Source of the DNA: Macrostomum lignano
Taxonomy: Eukaryota
Length of the DNA stretch: 64,000 bases
Direction of reading: 5' to 3'
Assembly (NCBI GenBank): GCA_002269645.1
Contig: NIVC01002260.1
Location: forward strand, 79,386 to 143,385
The notes under the pieces are model-generated. The model worked only from the letters and a program-made list of their open reading frames with translations, did no database searches and was not told the DNA's origin. The translations under genes and the position numbers were made by a program. Positions 1 to 25,575 of this stretch are shown here, in pieces; the first letter of the stretch is position 1, and every line of letters begins with the position of its first letter.

Positions 1-257
1 TCGAAGTTATCAGTGAATTTGTACTACTTATATAATTCAACACTCACACCAAAACAGGTAGAGTAAAAAGTCACACAAAGCAGTTATAACATAATCAATT
101 TCTTAGGCAAGTCAGTACCAGTGTCTATGAAAGTTAACAATATGGTTACGTATTGAATAATATAAATTGAGTACTGCACTATGCTTTCATACTCAAAGCT
201 GTGACGCAATTCAATTGAGTGTCAAATTCAGCCAGTACACAGACGATAAATAAAGTG

Positions 258-768
258 TATTGTGATGCAATCTATTTTAGAATCAGAATTCAACCAGTCA
301 GTTTTTCTGCTAGCATTCTTACAATTCATTTTAATGCTTGACCTTTGCAGAAAAGCATGTTTTTCGAATATTTAATCCCTTTAGCATCGAGCAATTTCTT
401 AGCCACAATGCATGTACTGTTACGGAAAAATTTCTTATCAAATGGTGCAAGTTCGAACAAAATTGGTTGAGCCATCCTTCCTATATACTAAAAATGAGTT
501 GTCTGTATCTATCTAGCTATGCGATAGATTTCAGAAAAATTGGCTCAACCAATTTTCTTCAAACTTGCACCATTCGATCAGAAATTTTCCTGGGACGGTA
601 CATGCATCTTGGCTAAGAAATTGCTCAATTTTAAAGGGATTAAATATTCGAAAAACATGCTTTTTTGCAAAGGTCAAGCAGCTCTTTCGACCTAAAATGC
701 ATTGTAAGAATGCTAGAGAAAAAACTGAATGACTGAATTCCAATTGTGATAAAGATTACATCACAACC
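258..768. mobile_element. Foldback/MITE-like element with about 220 bp inverted arms (258-476 and 541-768) around a 65 bp spacer
   Basis: gacctttgcagaaaagcatgtttttcgaatatttaatccc... recurs as its reverse complement at about 630-680; the ORFs 338..616(+) and 531..743(-) are near-identical mirror peptides. Confidence 0.6.
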
Positions 769-1084
769 AGTTGAAAACAGTTCCGAACGAATGCACACAA
801 AACTTGATTTAAATTGCGTAACAATATTGCTAACTTAAATTGACACTGATACTGGCTGACTGAAAAATTGATTATGTCATAACTTTTTACTCTAACCGAT
901 TTGCTATAAGAATTGAATTATAAGGGCCACAATTCATGTTCTCCAATTGACAAGAGATAGCATAGATGCGAACAGACTGGACTGCTAATGCAGCGACCTG
1001 GGTTCGAATCTTAGTAGTGCAAAGATTTTTTTATTCAAAAACCTTAAAAACACAAAATGCTAAACACAAAAAAGCACAATTTCA

Positions 1085-2790
1085 AACATTAAAGAGCCAC
1101 CATGGCGAACATATATGTGACTCCATGTCTAACATTAAAAAGCCACCATGTCAAATATTATAGAGCCACCATTTCAAACCTAAAAGAGCCACCATGTCGA
1201 AAATTAAAGAGCCACCATGTCAAACATTAAACAGCCACCATGTCGAACATGCAAGAGCCACCTTGTCAAACATAAAAGACCCACCATATCAAACATAAAA
1301 GAGTTACCATGTCAAACATTAAAGAGCCACCATGTCAAACATTAAAGAGCCACCATGTAGAATATTAAAGAGCCACTAAGTCAAACATTAAAAAACCACC
1401 ATGTCAAACATTAAAGAGCCACCATTTCAAACCTAAAAGAGCCACCTTATCAAACATTAAAGAGCCACCATGTCAAACACTAAAGAGCCACCATGTCAAA
1501 CATAAAATAGCCACCATATCAAACATAAAAGAGTTCCCATGTCAAACATTAAAGAGCCACCATGTCAAACATGAAAGAGCCACCATTTCGAACATAAAAC
1601 AGCCACCATGAAGAACATTAAAGAGCCACCATGTCAAACATTAAAAGAGCCACCATATCAAACATAAAAGAGTTCCCGTGTCAAACATTAAAGAGCCACC
1701 ATGTCAAACATTAAAGAGCCACCATGTCGAACATTAAAAGAGCCACCATGTAGAATATTAAAGAGCCACCATGTCGAACATTAAGAAGCCACCATGTCCA
1801 ACATTAAAGAGCCACCTTGTCAAATATTAAAAAGCCACCATTTCAAACCTAAAAGAGCCACCATGTCGAACATACAAGAGCCACCTCATCAAACATTAAA
1901 GAGCCACCATGTCGAACATAAAAGAGCCACCATGCCAAACATAAAAGAGCCACCATGTCGAACATTAAAAAGCCACCATGCCAAAAATAAAAGAGCCGCC
2001 ATGTCAAACGTAAAAGAGCCACCATGTCAAACATAAAAGAGCCACTATGTCGAACATAAAAGAGCCACAATGTCAAACATTAAAGAGCCACCATGTCGAA
2101 CAATAAAGAGCCACCATGTCGAACATTAAAGAGCCACCATGTCAAACATTAAAGAGCCACCATGTCGAACATTAAAGAGCCACCATGCCAAAAATAAAAG
2201 AGCCACCATGTCAAACATAAAAAAGCCACCATGTCGAACATTAAAGAGCCACCATGCCAAAAATAAAAGAGCCACCATGTCAAATGTAAAAGAGCCACCA
2301 TGTCGAACATAAAAGAGCCACAATGTCAAACATTAAAGAGCCACCATGTCGAACAATAAAGAGCCACCATGTCGAACATTAAAGAGCCACCATGTCAAAC
2401 ATTAAAGAGCCACCATGTCGAACATTAAAGAGCCACCATGCCAAAATTAAAAGAGCCACCATGTCAAACATAAAAGAGCCACCATGTCGAACATAAAAGA
2501 GCCACAATGTCAAACATTAAAGAGCCACCATGTCGAACAATAAAGAGCCACCATGTCGAACATTAAAGAGCCACCATGTCAAACATTAAAGAGCCACCAT
2601 GTCAAACACTAAAGAGCCACCATGTCAAACATTATAAAGAGCCACCATGTCGAACATTAAAGAGCCACCATGTCAAACATAAAAGAGCCACCATGTTGAA
2701 CATAAAAGAGCCACCATGTCGAACATTAAAGAGCCACCATGTCAAACGTAAAAGAGCCACTATGCCAAACATAAAAGATACACAATTTCA
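1085..2790. repeat. Minisatellite, 23-24 bp unit aaacattaaagagccaccatgtc
   Basis: Direct tandem reiteration with small variants. Confidence 0.95.
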
Positions 2791-2872
2791 AATGTAAAAG
2801 TAAGCGTCATGCCAATTTTAAAGGAGCCACTATAGAGCTAAGGAAATTGTTGCACTAGCTACTTATTATCTG

Positions 2873-3160
2873 GTGGATGCTTACTATTTGGGGATGCTTG
2901 CTATCTGGGAGGGGATGCTTCCTATCTGGGGGATGCTTGCTATTTGGGGGATGCTTGCTATCTGGGGGATGCTTGCTATCGGGGGGATGCTTGCTATCTG
3001 GGGGATGCTTGCTATCTGGGGGATGCTTGCTATTTGGGGGATGCTTGCTATTTGGGGGATGCTTGCTATCTCGGGGATGCTTGCTATCTGGGGGATGCTT
3101 GCTATCTGGGGGATGCTTGCTATCTGGGGGATGCTTGCAATCTGGGGATGCTTGCTGTCT
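2873..3160. repeat. Minisatellite, 18 bp unit gatgcttgctatctgggg
   Basis: Tandem copies; 6-aa periodic ORFs in all frames. Confidence 0.95.
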
Positions 3161-5068
3161 TGGGATGATTTCTTTTTGCATTACACTTTATTTGAGTAGT
3201 TTATCTGTTGTCTTTGTGAAGGCTTTATTTGGCTGTCTTTTTGTTACTTGTAGAGAACAGAGATTCTATCCAGATGTCCCCCAATGGGGGGCGAAGATTG
3301 CTAGTTTTTGCTAAAATCGATCACATAGACACAGACAGACCATTTTTAGTATATTGGATTGGATAAAATAGTACAAAATAAATGGCTTAAATGTACAATC
3401 ACAATAATATATATATATATCTATATATATATATATATATGCAGCAATATGCAAAAGTAAGACACTAACTCTGGCTGCGCCGCTATATGTCACTATAAAA
3501 TTCATAAATAGGTTGAAGGTTGGTAATGGCCTACTGGGTAAGCCATAGTCAGGATCATGGCATACGTGTGCCAGAACAAATCCTATCAAAATTATTTGAT
3601 TGCACCATGTGCTAAGACTTTTTTGCAAAAAAACACAAGCACAAAAATCTGTATTTTCCCTTTAAAAATACTAGTAAAACTTGTATTTGAATTTGTTTTG
3701 TAGAAATACAATGTTAACATATTTTAATTGAAAAAGCCACCAATATACCAGCAAATGAAAAAGTGCTAATTATGCATTAGACAATGCATTATTTGTTTTT
3801 TATTTGGCACTTCACAATATTTTTACACCTATATTGAATTCAATCTCGCTTGACTGTTCTCAAATTCCAAGCCCATTCTCAAAATTTTGAGAATTTCTCA
3901 AAATGACCAAAAAAGGCCAAGTCTCAAAATTTTGAGATTGAGATTGAGATCTCAGTTGGACTCTATCCTATATACTAAAAATGGTCTTAATAACAAAAGA
4001 TTGATCCTAGGTATATAGCTATATAAGATCTATAGCTTTTATAGCTTTCAAGTTTTTATTCTTTAAGTAGTAGAATTAGGTTTTTTATAATTTAAATATG
4101 AAGTCTATTTTTTAAAGTATTAATCAATTTAACAAGATGAAATTTTAAAGAAGAAAGGAATAAGTTTTGATATGCTTTGCATATTGAGTACAACACATAG
4201 TTTAGGGTAGTTCTATAAGAACTGAATACATTCAAAGAAATGAAAATTGCTATACTTGGCTAAACTAATAGAGCCTATTTATGATTCTAGATTGATTTCT
4301 AATTGCCAAACAATTGTTTTATAGCATTTTTGTTTAAAGTAGCTAAAATTAGCTCTAAATTTATGCAAAAATTATAATGTTGACTAAATATTACTACTTA
4401 TTACTTTTAGCCCTTGTGTTCAAACTTTAGCAAAAAAACAACACAGAGCATTGAAGAAATCAATCACAACTGGGATATTAGAAAAAATATCATAAATTAT
4501 AATACTAATAGCCATAGACTTAATATGGTGCCTCTGAAACAGTTTAATTATTTGTGTCCTATTGCTTCTCTTTGGTTACAACTGGGATCATGGTTGATCA
4601 AGCTACTGCTTATTTAGAAACAAAACAATAGTTCCATTAGCAACAAGACAGTTCCATTTTTTCTAAATAAACTGCATTCAGCATTTTTATTTTTCATATG
4701 TCATTTTTGGTACAGGCTTTCTGTCTGCCTTTAATTAACAGTAATAGTTTCTAATGTTACAACTGTTTTTAACTGGGACTACCCATTAGATTTTACCTAC
4801 TTAGGAAATAAATCACTTTCATAAAATACATTTTTATAAACTTTCATACTTTCAAGGTTTAAATATGAGTGAATATTAGCCAAATTATCTTATATCCTTG
4901 TAAAATAATTCCAATTGTGGCATCAAATATATTGGACTTGGATAGTCACTGAAATTGATAAAACTTAATGATCTGCTTTGGTTTTAGCAAAATTTATATA
5001 AAAAGGTTAGGGTGAAGGTATGTATTAAAGGCAAATATCATATAATAATCTGTGAAGTTTGGATTGCA

Positions 5069-5176
5069 ATGATGAGTGCGCAGGGGTCCAGAACCCAGGC
5101 CAGCATGTGGGCCTGGCACCCAGGAGACTGCTCTTGGGTGTGACAACCATTGCTGCCTGTTGCTTGTAGCATCTGA
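5069..5176 (+). ncRNA. Box C/D snoRNA/scaRNA-like RNA, copy 1, in the putative 5'UTR intron of PRP8 (5018-5272)
   Basis: Box C ATGATGA 5069-5075, D'-like CAGA, box D CTGA 5173-5176, flanking stem tggatt/agtcca, internal hairpins ccaggcc/ggcctgg and cacccagga/tcttgggtg; paralog at 6984-7096. Confidence 0.75.
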
Positions 5177-5312
5177 GAAAGTCCATCCCTATTTCAATTG
5201 GTTCAAGCTGATATTAAAGTACACGTACCAGTAGCCCAGCTTATACCAGCTGCAACCTGTCTCCTGTTGCAGCGTATTGAATAACAATCCAGCGCCAGCA
5301 GTCAATCCCGCC

Positions 5313-19687
<14,375 letters not shown>

Positions 19688-19884
19688 CCTGAGCCCCCGC
19701 TGTTGCCATCAACTCATCCTGTGCGCTCAACTGTCTCATTAATAGCGCACCAACCTGACCAAGGGCCATTGTGCAGTAGTGAAGAGAGCTGCGGGATTCT
19801 AGATAATAGACTTTGGCTTGCAAGTTGCGCATTCAATTTCCATGCACTTTTTCTTTACTAACAGCGGCCCTTCACAATATTGCT

Positions 19885-20152
19885 GGCTAGTGGAGCAGCA
19901 GTGCTCTAGTGGAGCAGCAGTGCTCTATTGGAGCAGCAGTGCTCTAGTGGAGCAGCAGTGCTCTAGTGGAGCAGCAGTGCTCTAGTGGAGCAGCAGTGCT
20001 CTAGTGGAGCAGCAGTGCTCTAGTGGAGCAGCAGTGCTCTAGTGGAGCAGCAGTGCTCTAGTGGAGCAGCAGTGCTCTAGTGGAGCAGCAGTGCTCTAGT
20101 GGGGCAGCAGTGCTCTAGTGGAGCAGCACTGCTCTAGTGGAGCAGCAGTGCT
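19885..20152. repeat. Minisatellite, 19 bp unit ctagtggagcagcagtgct, downstream of the PRP8 stop
   Basis: About 14 copies. Confidence 0.95.
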
Positions 20153-20819
20153 TTGCTAAATTTTGATGAGTCTATTAAAAACTGATTCTAGTTCTGACAA
20201 TAAATTAGTTTAAATATAAAAAACTGGGGTTATTCAGTTGACTCTTATTGTTGTTATTATTCGATTTTGACCTTCATTTGTCCGGTTCGTTCACCACCAC
20301 CACCAACCCCGACTGTGTTTTTTGTTTTAATGTAATTTATTATGCAGTTCCCTCTGTTGCACCGGCCGCCTCCTGTTGCCCTCGCCTACCCAGCACTCTC
20401 TGCTTGTTCGTGTACAAACTCGAATGCCCCCCCCCCAGCTGAGCAATCCGGTGCGGCCAGCATTGCTGTTGAGGCCGAACTTTTTATAACAACTCTCTGT
20501 GCGCTGGGCCTCGGCCGCCTCTGCGTTCATCGGTGTCATATTTTACTCTATTAATTCTGTAGCCTCTGCTTACTCTGCTCGGAGTTTCTCGATATAAATA
20601 AAATGACCTTGTTTGTCCCCAGCACCCACTGAGTGCCCCCTGCTGGCACCGACTGTGTCTGTCCGTTTAAACTGCTGCAAGGACTGGCTTTGCTCAGCTG
20701 ATTGCTCATTTTGTCTGCGACAGCCGGCGAGGGCATTGAGACCAATGCTTATGGATACTGAGGCCAATGCTTATGGATGCTGAGGCCAATGCTTATGGAT
20801 ACTGAGGCTAATCTAAATA

Positions 20820-21330
20820 CAGACACTACTTAGACGCTATGACAGACACTACTTAGACGCTATGACAGACACTACTTAGACATTAAGACAGACACTACTT
20901 AGACGCTATGACAGACACTACTTAGACACTAAGACAGACACTACTTAGACGCTATGACAGACACTACTTAGACGCTATGACAGACACTACTTAGACGCTA
21001 TGACAGACACTACTTAGACGCTATGACAGACACTACTTAGACGCTATGACAGACACTACTTAGACGCTATGACAGACACTACTTAGACGCTATGACAGAC
21101 ACTACTTAGACGCTATGACAGACACTACTTAGACGCTAAGACAGACACTACTTAGACGCTAAGACAGACACTACTTAGACACTAAGACAGACACTACTTA
21201 GACGCTATGACAGACACTACTTAGACGCTATGACAGACACTACTTAGACGCTATGACAGACACTACTTAGACGCTATGACAGACACTACTTAGGCGCTAT
21301 GACAGACACTACTTAGACGCTATGACAGAC
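20820..21330. repeat. Minisatellite, 23 bp unit gacagacactacttagacgctat
   Basis: About 22 copies. Confidence 0.95.
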
Positions 21331-21392
21331 GCTATGAGACGGGCATGTACTTATCAAACTAATACTTAAGCTACAGAAAGGAAGGAAAGGCA

Positions 21393-21548
21393 GACAGTCT
21401 GGCGCAGATATGCATTAGAAAAACAGTCTGGCGCAGATATTCATTAGCAAAACAGTCTCGCGCAGATATGCATTAGCAAAACAGTCTGGCGCAGATATGC
21501 ATTAGCAAAACAGTCTGGCGCAGATATGCATTAGCAAAACAGTCTCGC
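21393..21548. repeat. 29 bp tandem repeat agcaaaacagtctggcgcagatatgcatt
   Basis: About 5 copies. Confidence 0.9.
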
Positions 21549-21759
21549 TCAAATGTCGAGTTGGGAAAATGAGTCAGGCTTATCGTGAAGAGGCTTAGCA
21601 GTTGCTGATAGCACGGATTAAGGCATGCACTGGAGTGTAATATGCTTTTATATTTTACTGCTTCTTTGGCCAAAGGAAGGCAGCGGCGGAGTGGGCTTAA
21701 AGTAGAGATGCGTGCTGGGTTATGTACATGCGGGCAGTCAGTGCTGGGTGTCTGTGGCG

Positions 21760-22071
21760 TCACCAGATGCCCGGCGGCTTCCTCGGCGGCACCTTCTTGG
21801 GCCACCGGCTGCGCCGCCGCTTCGAGCGGGCCGCCGCTGCCCTGCTGGCTCGGCGGTGGACCTCGGCGGCTGACAGCGGAGCGGCGTCAGCTTCGACGGC
21901 AAGGCGCTGGCGGATCAGAGGCCAACGCTGGGCGGCCGTCATCAGGGAGGCCCCGTCAGCCGGAGCTGCATCGGCGGCGGGCGCGAAGGCGGCCAGCAGG
22001 GCGCAGAGGCAGCAGCAGGCGAAGACGGGCAGGAGCGGGGAGCAGTCGGAGAGTCAGTGCTGGGAGCGCAT
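21760..22071 (-). pseudogene. Possible secreted peptide precursor with an in-frame TGA at codon 6
   Basis: gccaccgacATG at 22071 reads MRSQH*LSDCSPLLPVFACCCLCALLAAFAPAADA (signal-peptide-like) ...SKRRRSRWPKKVPPRKPPGIW*; TATA-like tatttat about 95 nt upstream. Confidence 0.35.
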
Positions 22072-22846
22072 GTCGGTGGCCTTGAAGTGTCAGCGGCTCA
22101 GTGGCTTCAGGCGGCTGGCTCGGCGAGTTGTCGATGCGAGTTCTGCCGCTCGCCTGCCACGCATAAATAGAGAAATCCAGAGCTGCCCTCCCCCCGCCGC
22201 CAGTGGTTGCTGGCCTGAGTCACTGGCGCGCCAAGATTTGAAATCTGAGTCAGGCCTGGGGAGGGAGGGGAAGAGGCGGGATGGAGAATCAAGGACGCGG
22301 ATCTGGAGTCAGGCGAGTGCGGGGGCTGGCTGGCTCCGTGACTCATCCGCCGCGTGTGCGCTTAAAAGTCCGCGTCCTTGATCACGTGACGGCTGCTTAG
22401 TAGGAGTCGCCAAAAATAGTCGGGCGGGCGCACACTTGGCCTTATGAGACGGGGCAGCTCAGCCTGGACGAGCAAAGTGAGCAGGTTGTGACACACCTGC
22501 GATAAGGGCCAGCTCGCCCACGCAGGTCCCAAATTCGTGCAGAACTGCGTGGTCGCCCTGCCAAGAGGATCCTTGATCGCCAACAGTGGAACTTTCAACA
22601 GCGAATGCATTTTGACAAAGATTTTTGACTTGAACAAGTTAAGAGCCAACTTGAAAAACTGAGCTCAAATGTGTGGTAGGACGGTTTTTAAAAATGCTTA
22701 GTTTAGATTATAAGCTGATTTTTATGTAGCTTTAAGCCGATCGATATGATCAATAATTAATGACTAATTAATTATATTATTAGTTTTTAATTGTAAAAAT
22801 CGTACGAGCTAAGAATATAAGTAAACTCGTAAAAGTAAAATCGAAA

Positions 22847-23160
22847 GGATTGTTGCCTAGTGGTGAGTGTCGGACTCACGACTTGAAGGTCGGGGGCTCG
22901 ATTCCCGATCCCACAGGAACAGTTTGTGTCCTTGAGCAAGACACTTAACTCTGCATTGCTTCAGTTCACCCAGCTGTAAAATGCCAGCATTAACTGGGGT
23001 AATTGAGGGTGTGTGGTGACCACCCCCCCCCCCCCAGTCCTTGGACTGAACAGCCGTACGCAGCCTTCAGATGGGCTGCGCAATAGCTGCAGCTGAGCTG
23101 TCGGTTGCACATCTGGCCGTCAGGACAGGTGTTATCAATTATTAATAATTATTATTAATC
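22847..23160 (+). mobile_element. tRNA-derived SINE with CORE-like central domain
   Basis: A-box tgcctagtgg (22854), B-box ggctcgattcc (22895), then tgtgtccttgagcaagacacttaactctgcattgcttcagttcacccagctgtaaaatg (22924-22983), which resembles the MIR/CORE consensus as recalled; AT-rich tail. Confidence 0.65.
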
Positions 23161-23554
23161 GTAAGTATATTTTTTCAACGAGACAACAGTAAACACGCGC
23201 CACGAGCCCAGCTTCAATGTCCTTTATAAGCCAGAAAGGCAGTTGAAGTCGTTTCCGTAAATTAAAAGTGCACCCACTCAAAGTTCCGTGAAAGTCTCAA
23301 TAATTCTAGGCCTCCAACGCTCGGTACACAGGCTAACAGACAAGGTTAATATCATCAAACACGTCGTCCTCAGTGTCGTTTCCACCCCAAATGCTAATTA
23401 TAGATCTCCTTGGCTTTATCGCGTTGTTATCGTCTATGGCACTCGTGCAATCGTCCCGAGACGTTAACAACGCTCAGAATTCGGGGTAATCCCCCATTTT
23501 CATGCACGCTAAACCGCACGGGCACTCAGCACTCCTATCGGACACCGCGCACTC

Positions 23555-23851
23555 ATGGCGACTCCGCAGCGCTCCTGGCTGCTGGCTGTCGCCTTCTGCT
23601 GCCTGGCCGCTCTCGGCTCGCTGCAGCCGCTGCCGCAGAACTCCAGCAGCCTCCAGCGCAACGGCACCCTCCATCTGGCTCCGACTCCAGCCAGCGGCGT
23701 CAAAAATTTCATCGGTCGCGACTTCCGCCTGCCGGAGAGCCGGTCGATGAACACCAGCTGGTACATCATTCTGCTGTGGACCGTTTCTGTCCTGCTGGCC
23801 AGCCTCGTCATTCTGGTGGCTTTCGTCTTCGTGCAGCAGTTCCTGCTGTAG
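23555..23851 (+). CDS. Small predicted single-pass membrane protein (98 aa), unknown family
   Basis: N-terminal hydrophobic signal (SWLLAVAFCCLAALG), N-x-S/T sequons (NSS, NGT, NTS), C-terminal TM segment WYIILLWTVSVLLASLVILVAFVFV; GC-rich codon usage like PRP8 exons. Confidence 0.5.
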   Translation: MATPQRSWLLAVAFCCLAALGSLQPLPQNSSSLQRNGTLHLAPTPASGVKNFIGRDFRLPESRSMNTSWYIILLWTVSVLLASLVILVAFVFVQQFLL

Positions 23852-23858
23852 CCATCTA

Positions 23859-25227
23859 CGGGTCACGCCTGTGTCAGACTGGGTCACGCCTGTGTCAGAC
23901 TGGGTCACGCCTGTGTCAGACTGGGCCACGCCTGTGTCAGACTGGGTCACGCCTGTGTCAGACTGGGTCACGCCTGTGTCAGACTGGGTCACGCCTGTGT
24001 CAGACTGGGCCACGCCTGTGTCAGACTGGGTCACGCCTGTGTCAGACTGGGTCACGCCTGTGTCAGACTGGGTCACGCCTGTGTCAGACTGGGTCACGCC
24101 TGTGTCAGACTGGGTCACGCCTGTGTCAGACTGGGCCACGCCTGTGTCAGACTGGGCCACGCCTGTGTCAGACTGGGTCACGCCTGTGTCAGACTGGGCC
24201 ATGCCTGTGTCAGACTGGGTCACGCCTGTGTCAGACTGGGCCACGCCTGTGTCAGACTGGGTCATGCCTGTGTCAGACAAGGCCACGCCTGTGTCAGACT
24301 GGGTCACGCCTGTGTCAGACTAGGTCAAGCCTGTGTCAGACTGGGTCACGCCTGTGTCAGACTGGGCCACGCCTGTGTCAGACTGGGTCACGCCTGTGTC
24401 AGACTAGGTCAAGCCTGTGTCAGACTGGGTCACGCCTGTGTCAGACTAGGTCAAGCCTGTGTCAGACTGGGTCACGCCTGTGTCAGACTGGGCCACGCCT
24501 GTGTCAGACTGGGTCACGCCTGTGTCAGACTAGGTCAAGCCTGTGTCAGACTGGGTCACGCCTGTGTCAGACTGGGTCACGCCTGTGTCAGACTGGGTCA
24601 CGCCTGTGTCAGACTGGGTCACGCCTGTGTCAGACTGGGTCACGCCTGTGTCAGACTGGGTCACGCCTGTGTCAGACTGGGTCACGCCTGTGTCAGACTG
24701 GGCCACGCCTGTGTCAGACTGGGCCACGCCTGTGTCAGACTGGGCCACGCCTGTGTCAGACTGGGTCACGCCTGTGTCAGACTAGGTCAAGCCTGTGTCA
24801 GACTGGGTCACGCCTGTGTCAGACTGGATCACGCCTGTGTCAGACTGGGCCACGCCTGTGTCAGACTGGGTCACGCCTGTGTCAGACTGGGTCACGCCTG
24901 TGTCAGACTGGGCCACGCCTGTGTCAGACTGGGTCACGCCTGTGTCAGACTGGGCCACGCCTGTGTCAGACTGGGTCATGCCTGTGTCAGACTGGGCCAC
25001 GCCTGTGTCAGACTAGGTCAAGCCTGTGTCAGACTGGGTCACGCCTGTGTCAGACTGGGCCACGCCTGTGTCAGACTGGGTCACGCCTGTGTCAGACTGG
25101 GTCACGCCTGTGTCAGACTGGGTCACGCCTGTGTCAGACTAGGTCACGCCTGTGTCAGACTGGGTCACGCCTGTGTCAGACTGGGTCACGCCTGTGTCAG
25201 ACTGGGTCAAGCCTGTGTCAGACTGGA
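23859..25227. repeat. Minisatellite, 21 bp unit gggtcacgcctgtgtcagact
   Basis: About 65 near-identical copies. Confidence 0.97.
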
Positions 25228-25575
25228 CCTATTTACTATCTACTACTTACTACCAGTCTTGTACGAGCTAATCAGTTTAAATTTATGCATGCTAAAATAA
25301 TTTATCATTTTTATCAGTAAACGTGTATCTGGTTCTGCACCCACATCCGGTATCAACCGTCTGATTTACGCTTATTAATGAATTGCACTAAAGTAAGAAA
25401 GTAAATTGCTACTCACCAGATGCTATTTATAGCACTCCCAGCCAGCCAGGTCTCCTACTGTCTATGGCCAAGCCTGCGTGAAAACTGCCAGGCCCCAGGC
25501 TTCATAAAGCAAAACTGTAGGCAGCATATTGAAGGCACTGAGGTCTCGGCGCTCCTTGATTTTCTTCGAATTCAG

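Noticed and set aside
955-1030. tRNA-Ser(GCT)-like sequence (ggactgctaat...gggttcgaatc, then a T run)
   Set aside because: No proper acceptor or D stems; at most a decayed tRNA-derived fragment
20327-20767. Minus-strand ORFs as downstream exons of the KPPGIW precursor
   Set aside because: Could not find splice phases that join them without a stop
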